The notes beneath the pieces are model-generated. The model did not search any database, was not told the origin of the DNA, and saw only the letters and a list, made by a program, of their open reading frames with translations. This document shows positions 27,456-37,998 of a stretch of DNA of 54,327 nucleotides, one piece after another. Positions within the stretch are counted from its first letter, which is position 1. Each line of letters begins with the position of its first letter. This stretch comes from Armatimonadota bacterium (GTDB lineage: Bacteria > Armatimonadota > SYMT01 > JACQGL01): assembly GCA_016199525.1 (NCBI GenBank), contig JACQGL010000067.1, forward strand, positions 1 to 54,327, written 5' to 3'. Both the position numbers and the translations under genes were made by a program.

Positions 27456-30134
27456 ATGCGCACGGTATTCTTCCTGCTGGCGGCGCCGATGGCCGCCGTA
27501 TTCGCCCTCCCATCGCCCAGCCTGTCCCGAAAGCTTTCGGGACCCCTCCCGGGCTGGACAGCCCGCTGGATCTGGGTCGCGGGGGCAGAGGAGCGCCCTC
27601 GTAACTACTACGCTCTCTTCCGCAAGACGTTCAACCTTCCCGCCCTCCCCCGCGCGGCGAGCGTGCGGGTTACCGCCGATAGCCGTTACCAGCTGTTCGT
27701 CAACGGCACGCGCGTGGGCCGCGGCCCGGCCCGCTGCGACCGCCGCTGGCAATCGTACGATGAGTACGATCTCACGCCGCACCTGAAGCTTGGCGGCAAC
27801 GTGGTGGCGGCGCTGGTCCATCACTATGGCGAGTTCACTTTCCAGTACATGCTGGGTCGGGGCGGCTTTCTGCTGGATGGCGAGGTGGTGCTGCCAGGCG
27901 AGGAGCGGGTGCCGCTTCATACGGATGCCTCCTGGCGGGCACGGCCGGCCACAGCCTGGCAGCGACCTCCCGGGGGCGGGCCACGGATAAACATTATGCT
28001 GGGCTACCATGAGGTCTACGACGCGCGGCAGGAGGAGGTGGGCTGGCAATCGGCGCGGTTCGACGATTCCGGATGGCCGCGGGCGGCGGAGATCGGCCCG
28101 CCGGGAATGGAGCCCTGGCCGCGCCTTGTTCCCCGTGAGATCCCGCCGATGGCGGAGCGCCCGATGGCCGCCGTACGCGTGCTGGAGATCGCAGAGGTGG
28201 AGCCCGCCGCCGCGCCGCGCGTGAACCTCCCCTCTCCAGCGGACGGGAAAGCGGGGAGCGCTGCCTCCCTGACGCAACCGGAGTCCCAGCCCCAGGACTT
28301 GCCCTCCCAGATCATGGCGAAGGAGGCGCGCCGGCCGCTGGTACAGGGGAAGGTCTCGCGTCCGGAAGCGATCCTGCGGCGTGGGGCAGGAGCAACCGTG
28401 CACACGGCCCCGGGGGCGGATGTGTCGTTCCTTATCGACTTCGGCCGCGAGGTGACGGGCTATCCTCACTTCCGCGTGCGCGGGGCGCGCGGTGGGGAGA
28501 TCATCGATATGGGTTATGGGGAGGCGCTCGACGCGCCGGGCGGCGGCTTCCTCCCCCCGGCCAGCGGCCAGATCGGCCGCCTGGATCCCGACCACGGCGG
28601 TATGCACTACGCGGATCGCTTTATCTGTCGCCCGGGTAGCCAGGAGTTCCAGACGTTCGATAAGCGCGCCTTCCGCTATATGCAGGTGGATGTGCGCCAT
28701 GCCCCCGAGGGGATTCGGCTGGACGATGTGGGCCTTCTGTTTTCCACCTATCCGGTAGAGTACCGTGGAGAGTTCCGCTGCTCGGACGAACGCCTGAACC
28801 AGATCTGGGAGATGGGGCGGTGGACGGTGCAGCTGAACATGGAGGACGGCTATACCGATTGCCCCCATCGCGAGCGCGGCCAGTGGTGGGGCGACGTACG
28901 CGTGGAAGCACTGATCAACTACTACGCCTTCGGCGACCCCCTCCTGATGCGCAAGGCGCTCCGCCAGAAGGCGCAGTCCCAGAGCGAGGAAGGCATCACC
29001 TGGGGGGTTTACCCGACGAGCTGGGAGGGAGGGCGGCTGTCAGATTTCACCCTCATCTGGATCTATTCACTCTGGGAATACTACTGGTTCACTGGCGACC
29101 TTTCCCTGGCGCGAGAGCTCTATCCAAACGTCCGCCGTGCCCTCGATGTCTTCTTCGAGCCCCGGCGCAGCGCTGCCGGGCTCCTGGCTGACCTCCCCTA
29201 CTGGGTGCTCATCGACTGGGCGGGTGTGGACAAGCGCGGTGAGGGAGCTGCCCTGAACGCCTTCTACATCCACGCTCTGGAGGCGGCCCGCGACCTGGGC
29301 CGGCTGGTGGGTGACTCCGCCGCCGCCGATCGCTACGCCGCTCTGGCGGAGCAGGTCCGCACGGCGTTCAACCGCCGCTTCTGGGATGAAGCGCAAGGCT
29401 GTTACCGCGATTGCTTCGCCGATGGAAAGCTCAGTGATACGGTTAGTGAGCAAACAAACTCTCTGGCCGTCCTCTGGGACATCGCCGATGAAGGCCGCCG
29501 CCGCCGCGTGCTGGACCGCATCCGTCCCGACTACGCCGCGGCCCCGACGGTCCGCGCCGGCTCGCCCTATTTCTCCTTCTACGTGCTCGCGGCGCTGTAT
29601 CGCGCCGACCGGCACGAGCAGGCGCTGGCTTATATTCGGGAGCGGTGGGGGCGGATGCTCGACTGGGGAGCCACCACCTGCTGGGAGGTGTGGGAGCCCA
29701 CCAACAGCCTCTGCCACGGGTGGTCCGCGGGGCCGACGCACGACCTGCCCGCCGAATTCCTGGGGGTGAAGCCGCTGGCCGCCGGCTGGCGAGAGTTCCT
29801 GGTGCGGCCGCGAATGGCTGACCTCCGCTGGGCGCGGGGCGCGGTACCTACCCCGTGGGGAGAAATCCACACCCGCTGGCAGCGTGCACCCCATCGGATA
29901 GAGATGGCGGTCACCGTTCCACCGGGCACCACGGCGATGGTTGTCGTGCCCACCACGGGCCTGCGCACGCCGGAAGTACGGGTGAATGGGGAGGTCCGGC
30001 GCCCGCGCGGCGTGGATCTACTTCCCGCTCTGCCCGGCCTCACCTTGAGGGAGGGCGAGCGGCTGTTCCGCGTCACCCGGCCGGGGAGCTACCGGTTCGT
30101 GGCGAAGGGATCGTTCAGCAGCATCAGGGATTGA
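27456..30134 (+). CDS. Alpha-L-rhamnosidase-like glycoside hydrolase family 78, secreted
   Basis: ADSRYQLFVNG, DFGRE, DCPHRERGQWWGD, IDW, GATTCWE, SLCHGWS. Start placed at ATG 27456 with a signal peptide. Confidence 0.9.
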   Translation: MRTVFFLLAAPMAAVFALPSPSLSRKLSGPLPGWTARWIWVAGAEERPRNYYALFRKTFNLPALPRAASVRVTADSRYQLFVNGTRVGRGPARCDRRWQSYDEYDLTPHLKLGGNVVAALVHHYGEFTFQYMLGRGGFLLDGEVVLPGEERVPLHTDASWRARPATAWQRPPGGGPRINIMLGYHEVYDARQEEVGWQSARFDDSGWPRAAEIGPPGMEPWPRLVPREIPPMAERPMAAVRVLEIAEVEPAAAPRVNLPSPADGKAGSAASLTQPESQPQDLPSQIMAKEARRPLVQGKVSRPEAILRRGAGATVHTAPGADVSFLIDFGREVTGYPHFRVRGARGGEIIDMGYGEALDAPGGGFLPPASGQIGRLDPDHGGMHYADRFICRPGSQEFQTFDKRAFRYMQVDVRHAPEGIRLDDVGLLFSTYPVEYRGEFRCSDERLNQIWEMGRWTVQLNMEDGYTDCPHRERGQWWGDVRVEALINYYAFGDPLLMRKALRQKAQSQSEEGITWGVYPTSWEGGRLSDFTLIWIYSLWEYYWFTGDLSLARELYPNVRRALDVFFEPRRSAAGLLADLPYWVLIDWAGVDKRGEGAALNAFYIHALEAARDLGRLVGDSAAADRYAALAEQVRTAFNRRFWDEAQGCYRDCFADGKLSDTVSEQTNSLAVLWDIADEGRRRRVLDRIRPDYAAAPTVRAGSPYFSFYVLAALYRADRHEQALAYIRERWGRMLDWGATTCWEVWEPTNSLCHGWSAGPTHDLPAEFLGVKPLAAGWREFLVRPRMADLRWARGAVPTPWGEIHTRWQRAPHRIEMAVTVPPGTTAMVVVPTTGLRTPEVRVNGEVRRPRGVDLLPALPGLTLREGERLFRVTRPGSYRFVAKGSFSSIRD

Positions 30135-30147
30135 GGAAACTCCGACC

Positions 30148-31311
30148 GTGAACATCTCCCATCGCGCGGCATCTTTCCAGGAATCGGTCATCCGCGAGAT
30201 GACACGACTCCACGTTCTGTACGGGGGCGTGAACCTGGCGCAGGGGTTTCCGGACTTCGATCCGCCGCCAGAGATCATTGAGGCTGCCTGCCGGGCCCTG
30301 CACGAGGGCTGCAACCAGTACTCGATCACCTGGGGCACGCCCCGCCTGCGGGAGGCGGTCGCCCGCCACGCCACGGAGTTCCTGCGCATCCCCGCCGACC
30401 CGGATACCAACGTCACCATCACCTGCGGGGCGACGGAGGCGATGATCGCCGCCCTGATGGCCCTCCTCAACCCGGGTGATGAGGTGGTGATCTTCGCGCC
30501 GTTCTACGAGAATTATGGCCCTGATGCCATCCTCTCCAGCGCGCTGCCTCGCTATGTAGCCCTGCGGGAGCCGGACTGGCGCTTCGATCCCGAGGAGCTG
30601 GCCGCCGCCTTTACACCTCGCACGCGGGCAGTGATCGTCAACACGCCGCACAATCCCACGGGCCACGTGTTCACGCGCGCGGAACTGGAAACCATCGCCG
30701 AATTGTGCCTGCGCCACGACGCCTTTGCGGTGACGGATGAGATCTACGAGCGCATCCTCTATGACGACCGCGAGCACGTCGCCATCGGCAGCCTGGATGG
30801 CATGCGGGAACGAACGGTGACTATTAGCGGGGCGAGCAAGACGTTCTCGGTTACCGGCTGGCGGCTGGGATGGGCGATTGCGCCACCGGAGGCATCCATC
30901 GGCATACGCCGCGTCCACGACTTTCTCACCGTGGGCGCGCCGCACCCGCTGCAGGAAGCGGCCGTTACCGCCCTCAACCTGCCCGCTACCTACTACCGGC
31001 AGCTGGTCCGCGACTACACCGCGCGCCGCAACCGGATGGTGCAGATCATCCAGGCGGCGGGGATGCGGCCGTTCGTCCCCGAGGGGGCCTACTACGCGAT
31101 GGCGGACATCAGCCCCTTCGGCGCCCGGGACGACGTGGAGTTCACGATGTACCTGGTCAAAGAGGTGGGTGTAGCGGTGGTGCCGGGGAGCAGTTTCTAC
31201 CCGGCGGGCTGGCCGCAGGGGAAGCAGCGCATCCGGTTCGCCTTCCCCAAACGGCTGGAGACGCTGGCGGCGGCGGAAGCGCGGCTGGTACCTGCCTTAT
31301 CGGGGCGGTGA
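30148..31311 (+). CDS. PLP-dependent aminotransferase class I/II
   Basis: NLAQGFPD, NTPHNPTG, DEIY, SKTFSVTGWRLG. Confidence 0.93.
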   Translation: MNISHRAASFQESVIREMTRLHVLYGGVNLAQGFPDFDPPPEIIEAACRALHEGCNQYSITWGTPRLREAVARHATEFLRIPADPDTNVTITCGATEAMIAALMALLNPGDEVVIFAPFYENYGPDAILSSALPRYVALREPDWRFDPEELAAAFTPRTRAVIVNTPHNPTGHVFTRAELETIAELCLRHDAFAVTDEIYERILYDDREHVAIGSLDGMRERTVTISGASKTFSVTGWRLGWAIAPPEASIGIRRVHDFLTVGAPHPLQEAAVTALNLPATYYRQLVRDYTARRNRMVQIIQAAGMRPFVPEGAYYAMADISPFGARDDVEFTMYLVKEVGVAVVPGSSFYPAGWPQGKQRIRFAFPKRLETLAAAEARLVPALSGR

Positions 31312-31459
31312 GGGTAGGGGCCCGAACGCGTTTGGGGCGGCGCCGAGCGGGAAGGGCAGAGACGTCCTGGCCGTGGCGGCGGCTCGCCTCAAACGTAGCC
31401 CGACAAGCCATGCGCAATACACGGCTCTGGCACCCACCGGGAGGGCCTGGGATGGGGGA

Positions 31460-31780
31460 CTACGGTCGCAGAAGCTTTTGCATCCCGCGCAGGATGAGCC
31501 AGCCGAACGGCCCCTCACCGCGACCAACCGGAGCACCACGGCCGGGTCCCGGATCGGCCAAAACCCGGACTGCCCCCCCTTCACCTCGATGTAGCCAACC
31601 GGGGAAGCGATCACGCCGCCCCCGCCGCCCGCGCCTTCCTCACCCAACCGCTGCCGGCCGCCGCCTCCGCCAAAGCCTCACCGCGCGGTAACCACAGGGA
31701 TCATGGTCACCCCGTAGCGCCTACCGGCCCCGATTTCATCGGGCCAGTAGCTCCAGTTCGCGCTCGATGTTTGTGGTCAT
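31460..31780 (-). pseudogene. GerW/YtfJ-family pseudogene
   Basis: ATG 31780 follows GGGAGG. Fragments read GVTMIPVVTAR*GFGGGGG...GAGGGGGVIASPVGYIEVKGG...PIRDP. Stops at 31736-31738 and 31678-31680, plus frameshifts. Confidence 0.7.
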
Positions 31781-32012
31781 CAGCGTCCTCCCGTTGTTTG
31801 ATTACCCCGCCCGCCAGCGAAGTTTGCCCGCTCCAGAACCCAGGTCAGCAAGCATTCTCTTGTCAACTGAATGAGCGCTATTGCCCCACCTTCCCTCTAT
31901 CTTTGGATTAGGGGTCATAGAGAATATCAATCTGGCGGATGGATTTTAGCGAAGTATGCTGGTCTAAGGTAAAGCAGTCGCTCATTCCCCACAGAACCGA
32001 GGAGGAACTCAC

Positions 32013-33443
32013 GTGCCACGCACCGCCCTTATCGGCACCCTGGCGCTGGTGTTGCTGTCTACCACTCCCGGCTTCGGGCAGCAGCCATCGCCACCCGCGG
32101 CCCCGGTTTTGCCCGCGGAGGTTCAGGCGTTGCGGGAGGAACTGGCGCGGCTTCAGCGCGAGGCGGAGGAACGCCAGAAGCAGCAGGAAGAGCGCATCCG
32201 GGCTCTCGAGCGACAGGTGCAAGCGCTGCAGAAGCGTGCGCCCGCCCCGATTTCACCGGGGCCGTCTGAACCCGGCCCCGTCACCGTCCGGCCGGGCTTC
32301 AAGGCGCGGCTGTATGGCTTCGCGCGGGCGGACGTGGATGTGGACTCCCGCCGGATGTTCGCCGGCCCGCACCTGCCGTTCTGGGTGCTCTCCCCCCAAG
32401 ATCCGCGCGCCGCCAATCGCACCGACGGCGACTTTTCGATTCACCCTCGTCTCACCCGCCTGGGTCTGGACACGGAAGCCCCGCCAGTCGGAATTCTGGG
32501 TGATGCCAAACTCACCGGCAAGCTCGAAATTGACTTCTTTAATATCTTACCGGATCGGAACTCGGCGACTTCCAACTCCCGCGCCTTCGTTCGTATGCGG
32601 CACGGGTACGGGCGGCTCGACTGGCAGCGCGCCCACTTCCTCTTCGGCCAGACGTGGGATCTGATCTCACCCCTCTTCCCCATGGCGAACGACGACGTGG
32701 TGATGTGGACCGCCGGTAACCTGGGGGACCGGCGTCCCCAGTTGCGCTTTGTGTGGGAACCCACGGCTGGAAAGGGCAAGGCCAGCCTGGGCGTGATGGT
32801 CGGCTCTCCGGGCGCCGTGGACTCCCAGGACCTGGACGCGGACCAGGTAGTGGACGGTGAAGAGAGCCGCCGGCCCACGCTCCAGGCACGGGTGGCCCTG
32901 AATCAGCCCTCCTGGGTGGCCGGGCAGACCTGGGAGGCGGGCCTCTGGGGCCACAGCGGCCAGTTCCGTATCGATCGTAACAAGGCGGTCAGCGGCCACC
33001 GGTCCTTCAACAGCCAGGCCCTCGGGATTGACCTCCGCCTGCCGCTTACCAAGAAGCTGCTTCTCCAGGGAGAGGGGTGGTTTGGCAAGGCGCTGGCCGA
33101 CGTGCGCGGCGGCGTGGGCCAGAATATCAACACCATCACCGGCGAAGAGGTGCACTCCCACGGCGGCTGGGCGGAGCTGCTGTACCAGTTCAACGAGATC
33201 TACACCCTGGGCGGCGGCTTTACCATCGACGACCCCAAGAACGAGGACGTGACCCCCTTCACGGGCGCCAACCAGACCGCCGTGGGCCGGACCCTGAACC
33301 GCTCTTACTACGTCGTGAACCGCCTGAACCTGGGAAGCGGTTTGACGGTGGGCATCGACTGGATGCTGTTCCACACGCAGTTTCGCGGGCTGGATCCCGG
33401 TACCAACAACCGCTGGAACATCTGGCTACGACACGCCTTCTAG
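32013..33443 (+). CDS. Outer-membrane beta-barrel porin (DcaP-like) with N-terminal coiled coil
   Basis: GTG after GAGGAGG, signal peptide, coiled coil, LYGFARAD, TRLG, RMRHGY, FGQTW, RRPQLRF, terminal Phe. Confidence 0.78.
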   Translation: MPRTALIGTLALVLLSTTPGFGQQPSPPAAPVLPAEVQALREELARLQREAEERQKQQEERIRALERQVQALQKRAPAPISPGPSEPGPVTVRPGFKARLYGFARADVDVDSRRMFAGPHLPFWVLSPQDPRAANRTDGDFSIHPRLTRLGLDTEAPPVGILGDAKLTGKLEIDFFNILPDRNSATSNSRAFVRMRHGYGRLDWQRAHFLFGQTWDLISPLFPMANDDVVMWTAGNLGDRRPQLRFVWEPTAGKGKASLGVMVGSPGAVDSQDLDADQVVDGEESRRPTLQARVALNQPSWVAGQTWEAGLWGHSGQFRIDRNKAVSGHRSFNSQALGIDLRLPLTKKLLLQGEGWFGKALADVRGGVGQNINTITGEEVHSHGGWAELLYQFNEIYTLGGGFTIDDPKNEDVTPFTGANQTAVGRTLNRSYYVVNRLNLGSGLTVGIDWMLFHTQFRGLDPGTNNRWNIWLRHAF

Positions 33444-33622
33444 CCAGAGGGATGTCGCGTGGGTGCAGGGGCCTTACTCGGCCGCAGCGAGACGGGCAAG
33501 AAATAAGGGAACGCCAAAACGGGGAAACGAAGATAAAGAGAAGACGAGGAAACGGATCTGGGCGAGCCTTCATCATCCGGCCTGTTGCCTCGTTGTGTCA
33601 TCCCTTCGTCTCTCCTGAAACC

Positions 33623-34663
33623 ATGGCAACCTTGAACATCGGCATCATCGGCGCGGGAGGAATCGTCCGGCGGCGGCACCTGCCGGAGTTGAAGCTAATT
33701 CCCGCTGTGCGCGTGGTGGCGGTCTGCAACCGCACGCGAGCCACGGCGGAGGCAGTGGCGCAGGAATGGGGCATCCCCCGCGTGACCACCGATTGGCACG
33801 ACGTGCTGGCGATGGACGACGTGGACGCGGTGTTCATCGGCACGTGGCCCAATATGCACGCGGAGGTGAGCATTGCCGCCCTGAATGCGGGCAAGCACGT
33901 CTTCTGCCAGGCGCGGATGGCGCGCAACCTGGCGGAGGCACGCGCCATGCTCCGCGCCGCTCGCGAGCACCCGGATCGGGCCACTATGCTCTGCCCTGCC
34001 CCGCACGGGATGCGTGGGGACCGCGTCATCCGCCGCCTCTTATCCGAAGGCTTCCTCGGTGAGCCGCGCGAGGTCCACGCCACCGGCTTCTCCGCTGCCA
34101 ACCTGGACCCGAAGACGCCCCTCCACTGGCGGCAGAACTTCGATATCCAGGGCTATAACACGCTGACGCTGGGGATGTGGATCGAAGTGATTCACCGCTG
34201 GCTGGGCACCCACCGGCTGGTGACCGCGATCCTGAAGACTCACACCCCCCTGCGTGCCGATCCGGAGACAGGGGTGTGCGTGCCGGTGCGGATTGCGGAG
34301 AGCGTGGCTATCGCCGCCGAGATGGAGAACGGCGCTCTCGCCGGTTACCACTTTAGCGGCGTTGCCCCCAACGCTCCGCACAACCGGATCGAGATCTACG
34401 GCACGGGCGGCACGCTGATCTACGACCTGGACACCGACGAGATCTTCGGCGCGCGGTCGGACGAGCAGGGACGGCGGCCTATCCCCATCCCGCCGGGGGA
34501 AGCGCGAGAGTGGACGGTGGAGGCGGATTTCGTCCGCGCGGTGCGCGAGGGCGGCGCCACGGAGCCTTCGTTTGCAGACGGCGTGCGATATATGGAGTTC
34601 ACGGAGGCGGTATATCTTTCCGCGCAGCGACGGGAGACGATCGCGCTGCCGCTGCCAGAATGA
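33623..34663 (+). CDS. Gfo/Idh/MocA family oxidoreductase
   Basis: IGIIGAGGI, DAVFIGTWPNMH, AGKHVFCQARM. Start placed at ATG 33623. Confidence 0.92.
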   Translation: MATLNIGIIGAGGIVRRRHLPELKLIPAVRVVAVCNRTRATAEAVAQEWGIPRVTTDWHDVLAMDDVDAVFIGTWPNMHAEVSIAALNAGKHVFCQARMARNLAEARAMLRAAREHPDRATMLCPAPHGMRGDRVIRRLLSEGFLGEPREVHATGFSAANLDPKTPLHWRQNFDIQGYNTLTLGMWIEVIHRWLGTHRLVTAILKTHTPLRADPETGVCVPVRIAESVAIAAEMENGALAGYHFSGVAPNAPHNRIEIYGTGGTLIYDLDTDEIFGARSDEQGRRPIPIPPGEAREWTVEADFVRAVREGGATEPSFADGVRYMEFTEAVYLSAQRRETIALPLPE

Positions 34664-34669
34664 CACCCG

Positions 34670-35971
34670 TTAACGAACGCCTCCAGGCTCCAGATAGATG
34701 ACGCCGTGCCTGTCATCATAGGCAAGCAGCTCAGCGTAGCGACCCCAGCCCACCGCAGTTTCGATCTGGCGCTCCGCCTCTGGAGGGGGGAAATCCAGAC
34801 CGAGGGCGGTTTGCGCGACGTCCGCTTCAATCTGATGGTTGTCGGCGGCAGCGAGCATAGCGAGGAGCCACCTGAAAAGCGGCAAGCGGCGGATGCGGGT
34901 GGCAAATATTTCCTTGCGCGCCACAATGCTGGCAGCGGCAAAGGTTTCTCCCAGGGGAGTGAGGCTGATATCGCCCTGGGCGACGGTGGCGAATCCAAGC
35001 AACTCCGCCGCCTCCGTGAGGCGGAGAAGGTGATCCGAATTGATCTTGAGGTCGTCGGCCAAGCGGTAGATATCGGCGCGGTGGTGCGGGACGTCGGCCA
35101 GATGTTCCAGCACCGCCGCCAGCTCGTTCACTGTGACCAGCGGCAGCGCGCGTGTGCGGCCGGGTTCGCCAGGGGCGGTGCCCATTTCCACGTGCTCCGG
35201 CTCCGTCTGGCCCGCCAGGGTAGCGTAGACGCGATCCACCACGGCCAGAAATTCCGACCCTTTATGGTGCCGCGGGTGTGGCAGGTTCACCGGCAGGTCC
35301 GCGACCACGCGCCCCGGGTCTTTTTCCATCACCACGATGCGGTCCGCCATGAAGACGGCCTCTTCGATATTGTGCGTGACCATGAGGATGGCGCGCGTGG
35401 GGATGCCGCCGCCGAGCCACAGTTCCAGCAGCTCCCCGCGCAGCGCGTCCGCGCTCAGCACGTCCAGAGCGGAAAACGGCTCGTCCAGACAGAGCAGTTC
35501 CGGCTCCACGGCCATCGCGCGCGCGAACCCCACCTTCTGCCGCATGCCACCAGACAACTCGCGCGGGTAAGCGGTCTCGAAGCCGTCCAGGCCTACCCTG
35601 TCCAACAGGTCTATGGCACGGAGCGAACGCGGCTGCGGTGGCACCCCGCGCGCCTTGAGCGCCACTTCCACATTCTGCTGGACGGTGAGCCAGGGAAAGA
35701 GGGCGAAGCTCTGAAACACGATCGTCGCATAGGGGTTGACACCATGCAGAGGCTGACCGCGATAGAGGACCTGACCCTCGGTGGGCGCCTGCAGGCCGGT
35801 GATAATGCGCAGCAGCGTGCTTTTCCCACACCCTGAGGGCCCCAGGAGGGCGACGAACTCTCCTTCGTCTACCACCAGGTTAACATCCTGCACGGCGGGG
35901 AACTGGCGCTGGCCAGTGGTGTAGATCATGTGAATGTGCTGCAGTTCCAGCAGGTGGCTGTTCGTGGTCAT
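34670..35971 (-). CDS. NitT/TauT-family ABC transporter ATP-binding protein with C-terminal AAA-associated domain
   Basis: GPSGCGKS, LSGGMRQ, LDEPFSALD, and a C-terminal WGRYAELLAYD extension. Confidence 0.93.
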   Translation of the reverse strand: MTTNSHLLELQHIHMIYTTGQRQFPAVQDVNLVVDEGEFVALLGPSGCGKSTLLRIITGLQAPTEGQVLYRGQPLHGVNPYATIVFQSFALFPWLTVQQNVEVALKARGVPPQPRSLRAIDLLDRVGLDGFETAYPRELSGGMRQKVGFARAMAVEPELLCLDEPFSALDVLSADALRGELLELWLGGGIPTRAILMVTHNIEEAVFMADRIVVMEKDPGRVVADLPVNLPHPRHHKGSEFLAVVDRVYATLAGQTEPEHVEMGTAPGEPGRTRALPLVTVNELAAVLEHLADVPHHRADIYRLADDLKINSDHLLRLTEAAELLGFATVAQGDISLTPLGETFAAASIVARKEIFATRIRRLPLFRWLLAMLAAADNHQIEADVAQTALGLDFPPPEAERQIETAVGWGRYAELLAYDDRHGVIYLEPGGVR

Positions 35972-35974
35972 GGA

Positions 35975-37708
35975 TCACTCCATGCGAAAACGTTCCTCTG
36001 CCAGCCGGTAGAACCGGCGCCACACGAGGCGGTTAATGGCGACCACGGTGAGGATCATGGCGAGCGTGGCTGCGAGGAGGAGCGGATAATCGCCGGTAGC
36101 GGTAGCCTGGGCGATGAGAGCGCCAATCCCGATGGTTTGCCGCGTCCGGCCGCCAAAGGTCACGTACTCGGCGACAATGCTGGCATTCCAGGCGCCGCCG
36201 CCGGCAGTGATGGCCCCGGTGATGATATAGGGGAACAGCGCCGGCAGGATCAGGGTGATCCAGCGCTGCCACCGGTTCAGTTGCAAGAGAGCGGCGGTGT
36301 ACTTGAGATCCTGGGGAATAGCGCTGGCGCCCGCAATGATGTTGAACAGGAGATACCACTGCGTACCCATCAGCATCAATAAAAGGGCGGCCAGGTTCAA
36401 CCCGCCCGGCAGATGAAGGACCAGCAGCAGAAAAACGGGAAAGAGCGCGGTAGCGGGCACGGACGCGACAATCTGCACCAGCGGTTGCAGCCATATCGCC
36501 AGGCGACGGTTGGTGCCGATGGCGACGCCTATGGGAGTGGTCCAGGCAAGGGCAATCGCCAGCGCCGCCGCCACACGGAGCAGCGTCGCCACCAGCCCGA
36601 CACCGATTGCTCCCCACTCGGCCAGAGGGACCTTCAGCAACATGTCCCCCGCCAGGCCCGCGCCATAGAGAAGCCCCATGCCCCCCAGAACGGCGGCCGG
36701 ATAGACGGCCAGCGAGGTGCCCGCCTTCTCCGGCGCGGTGGCTACGGCGGCCGGAAACCGGCGCAGCAGGGCGCGATCCAGGTGTTCCGACAGGGGCGAC
36801 AGAAGGTGCCGTCCCAGCGATTCGACGACGCGGGAAGCCCGCAGCGTCTCGTAGAACCAGGACGTAGATGGGTTTTCACTTTCGACGAGTTCCAGGCTAA
36901 AGCGATCCGACCAGGCCAGCAGCGGGCGCCAGACGAGCTGATCCATAGCGATGATCAACAGAATCAGCGTGCCGATACCCAGCGCCAGGGCGTGGAGGTT
37001 CGCCTGGCGGGCAGCCTCGCTCAGGTAGGCTCCCAGGCCGGGCAGCCGGAAATCCCGCTGGCCGACGGTGAAGATCTCGGCGGCCATAAGGAAGAACCAG
37101 CCGCCCGCCCAGCTCACCATGCTGTTCCAGGTGAGGCTGATGGCGCCGAACGGCAGCTCCAGCGTCTTGAGCCGCAGCCAGCCGTTGAACCGGAAGATAG
37201 TGCTGGCCTCTCGCAGCTCTTTGGGAATGGTGGTCAACGCCTGGTACCAGGCGAAAGTAAGGTTCCACGCCTGACTGGTGAAGATGAGCGCCACGGATGC
37301 CAGTTCGGCGGCCACGTGCTGCGGCAGAATGGCCCGCAGGCTGAGCATTACCACGGGCAGAAATGACAGGATCGGTATGCTCTGGAGCACATCCAGCAAC
37401 GGCAAGAGGATCTTCTCTGCCCGGCGGTTGTAGGCCGCCAGATAGCCGTACACCAGGGAGAAAAACAGAGATAGGAGGTAAGCCACTCCCATACGGGCCA
37501 GGGAAAGCCCTGCGTATAGCGGCAACGCGCGGGGGGAGAGCGAAATGGCGGGGCCGTGGATCACCGCCGGCGTAGCCAGGGCCAGGCGCACCCCGACGTA
37601 GACCAGCACGGCAACCCCGAGCAGCACCACGGCGTCTCCCCACGCGAGGGGCCGCAGGGTGAACTGTCGGATGCTAAAGACCCGGACACGCTGTTCCATA
37701 GACGTCAT
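35975..37708 (-). CDS. NitT/TauT-family ABC transporter permease (duplicated domain)
   Basis: LDVLQSIPILSFLP, WNSMVSWAGGWFFL, GGAWNASIVAE. Confidence 0.92.
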   Translation of the reverse strand: MTSMEQRVRVFSIRQFTLRPLAWGDAVVLLGVAVLVYVGVRLALATPAVIHGPAISLSPRALPLYAGLSLARMGVAYLLSLFFSLVYGYLAAYNRRAEKILLPLLDVLQSIPILSFLPVVMLSLRAILPQHVAAELASVALIFTSQAWNLTFAWYQALTTIPKELREASTIFRFNGWLRLKTLELPFGAISLTWNSMVSWAGGWFFLMAAEIFTVGQRDFRLPGLGAYLSEAARQANLHALALGIGTLILLIIAMDQLVWRPLLAWSDRFSLELVESENPSTSWFYETLRASRVVESLGRHLLSPLSEHLDRALLRRFPAAVATAPEKAGTSLAVYPAAVLGGMGLLYGAGLAGDMLLKVPLAEWGAIGVGLVATLLRVAAALAIALAWTTPIGVAIGTNRRLAIWLQPLVQIVASVPATALFPVFLLLVLHLPGGLNLAALLLMLMGTQWYLLFNIIAGASAIPQDLKYTAALLQLNRWQRWITLILPALFPYIITGAITAGGGAWNASIVAEYVTFGGRTRQTIGIGALIAQATATGDYPLLLAATLAMILTVVAINRLVWRRFYRLAEERFRME

Positions 37709-37725
37709 GCAGGCAGGATTGGGCG

Positions 37726-37773
37726 CTACTGGCAGGAACTGACGATGGCGTGACGGCGGTGCTCACTGGTCAT
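37726..37773 (-). promoter_or_regulatory. Candidate leader uORF / cis-regulatory element (MTSEHRRHAIVSSCQ*) upstream of the ABC permease
   Basis: ATG 37773 follows GGGGT; TAG ends 17 nt before the permease ATG. Confidence 0.4.
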
Positions 37774-37822
37774 CTTACCCCAGTTCACTGCACGGGCATC
37801 CGACCGGTGCCGAACTACGGAA

Positions 37823-37935
37823 GGGGGTTGGAGGGTTGGAAAGTTTGAAGGTCGAAGATTGGCAGGTTCAACGGTCCGGACGCGCGAGCCTGCCAACCTG
37901 CAATCTGTGTACTACAACCTGTTAACCTGTAAACG
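37823..37935. repeat. Degenerate ~8-nt-period tandem repeats arranged as an inverted pair
   Basis: GGTTGGAG GGTTGGAA AGTTTGAA GGTCGAAG... facing ...CCTGCCAA CCTGCAA...AACCTGTT AACCTGTA. Confidence 0.55.
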
Positions 37936-37998
37936 CACCGATCTACGACCCGCTCATCTGCCAATGTGCCAGCCTCCCAACGGGCCGACGGTTGTGAT

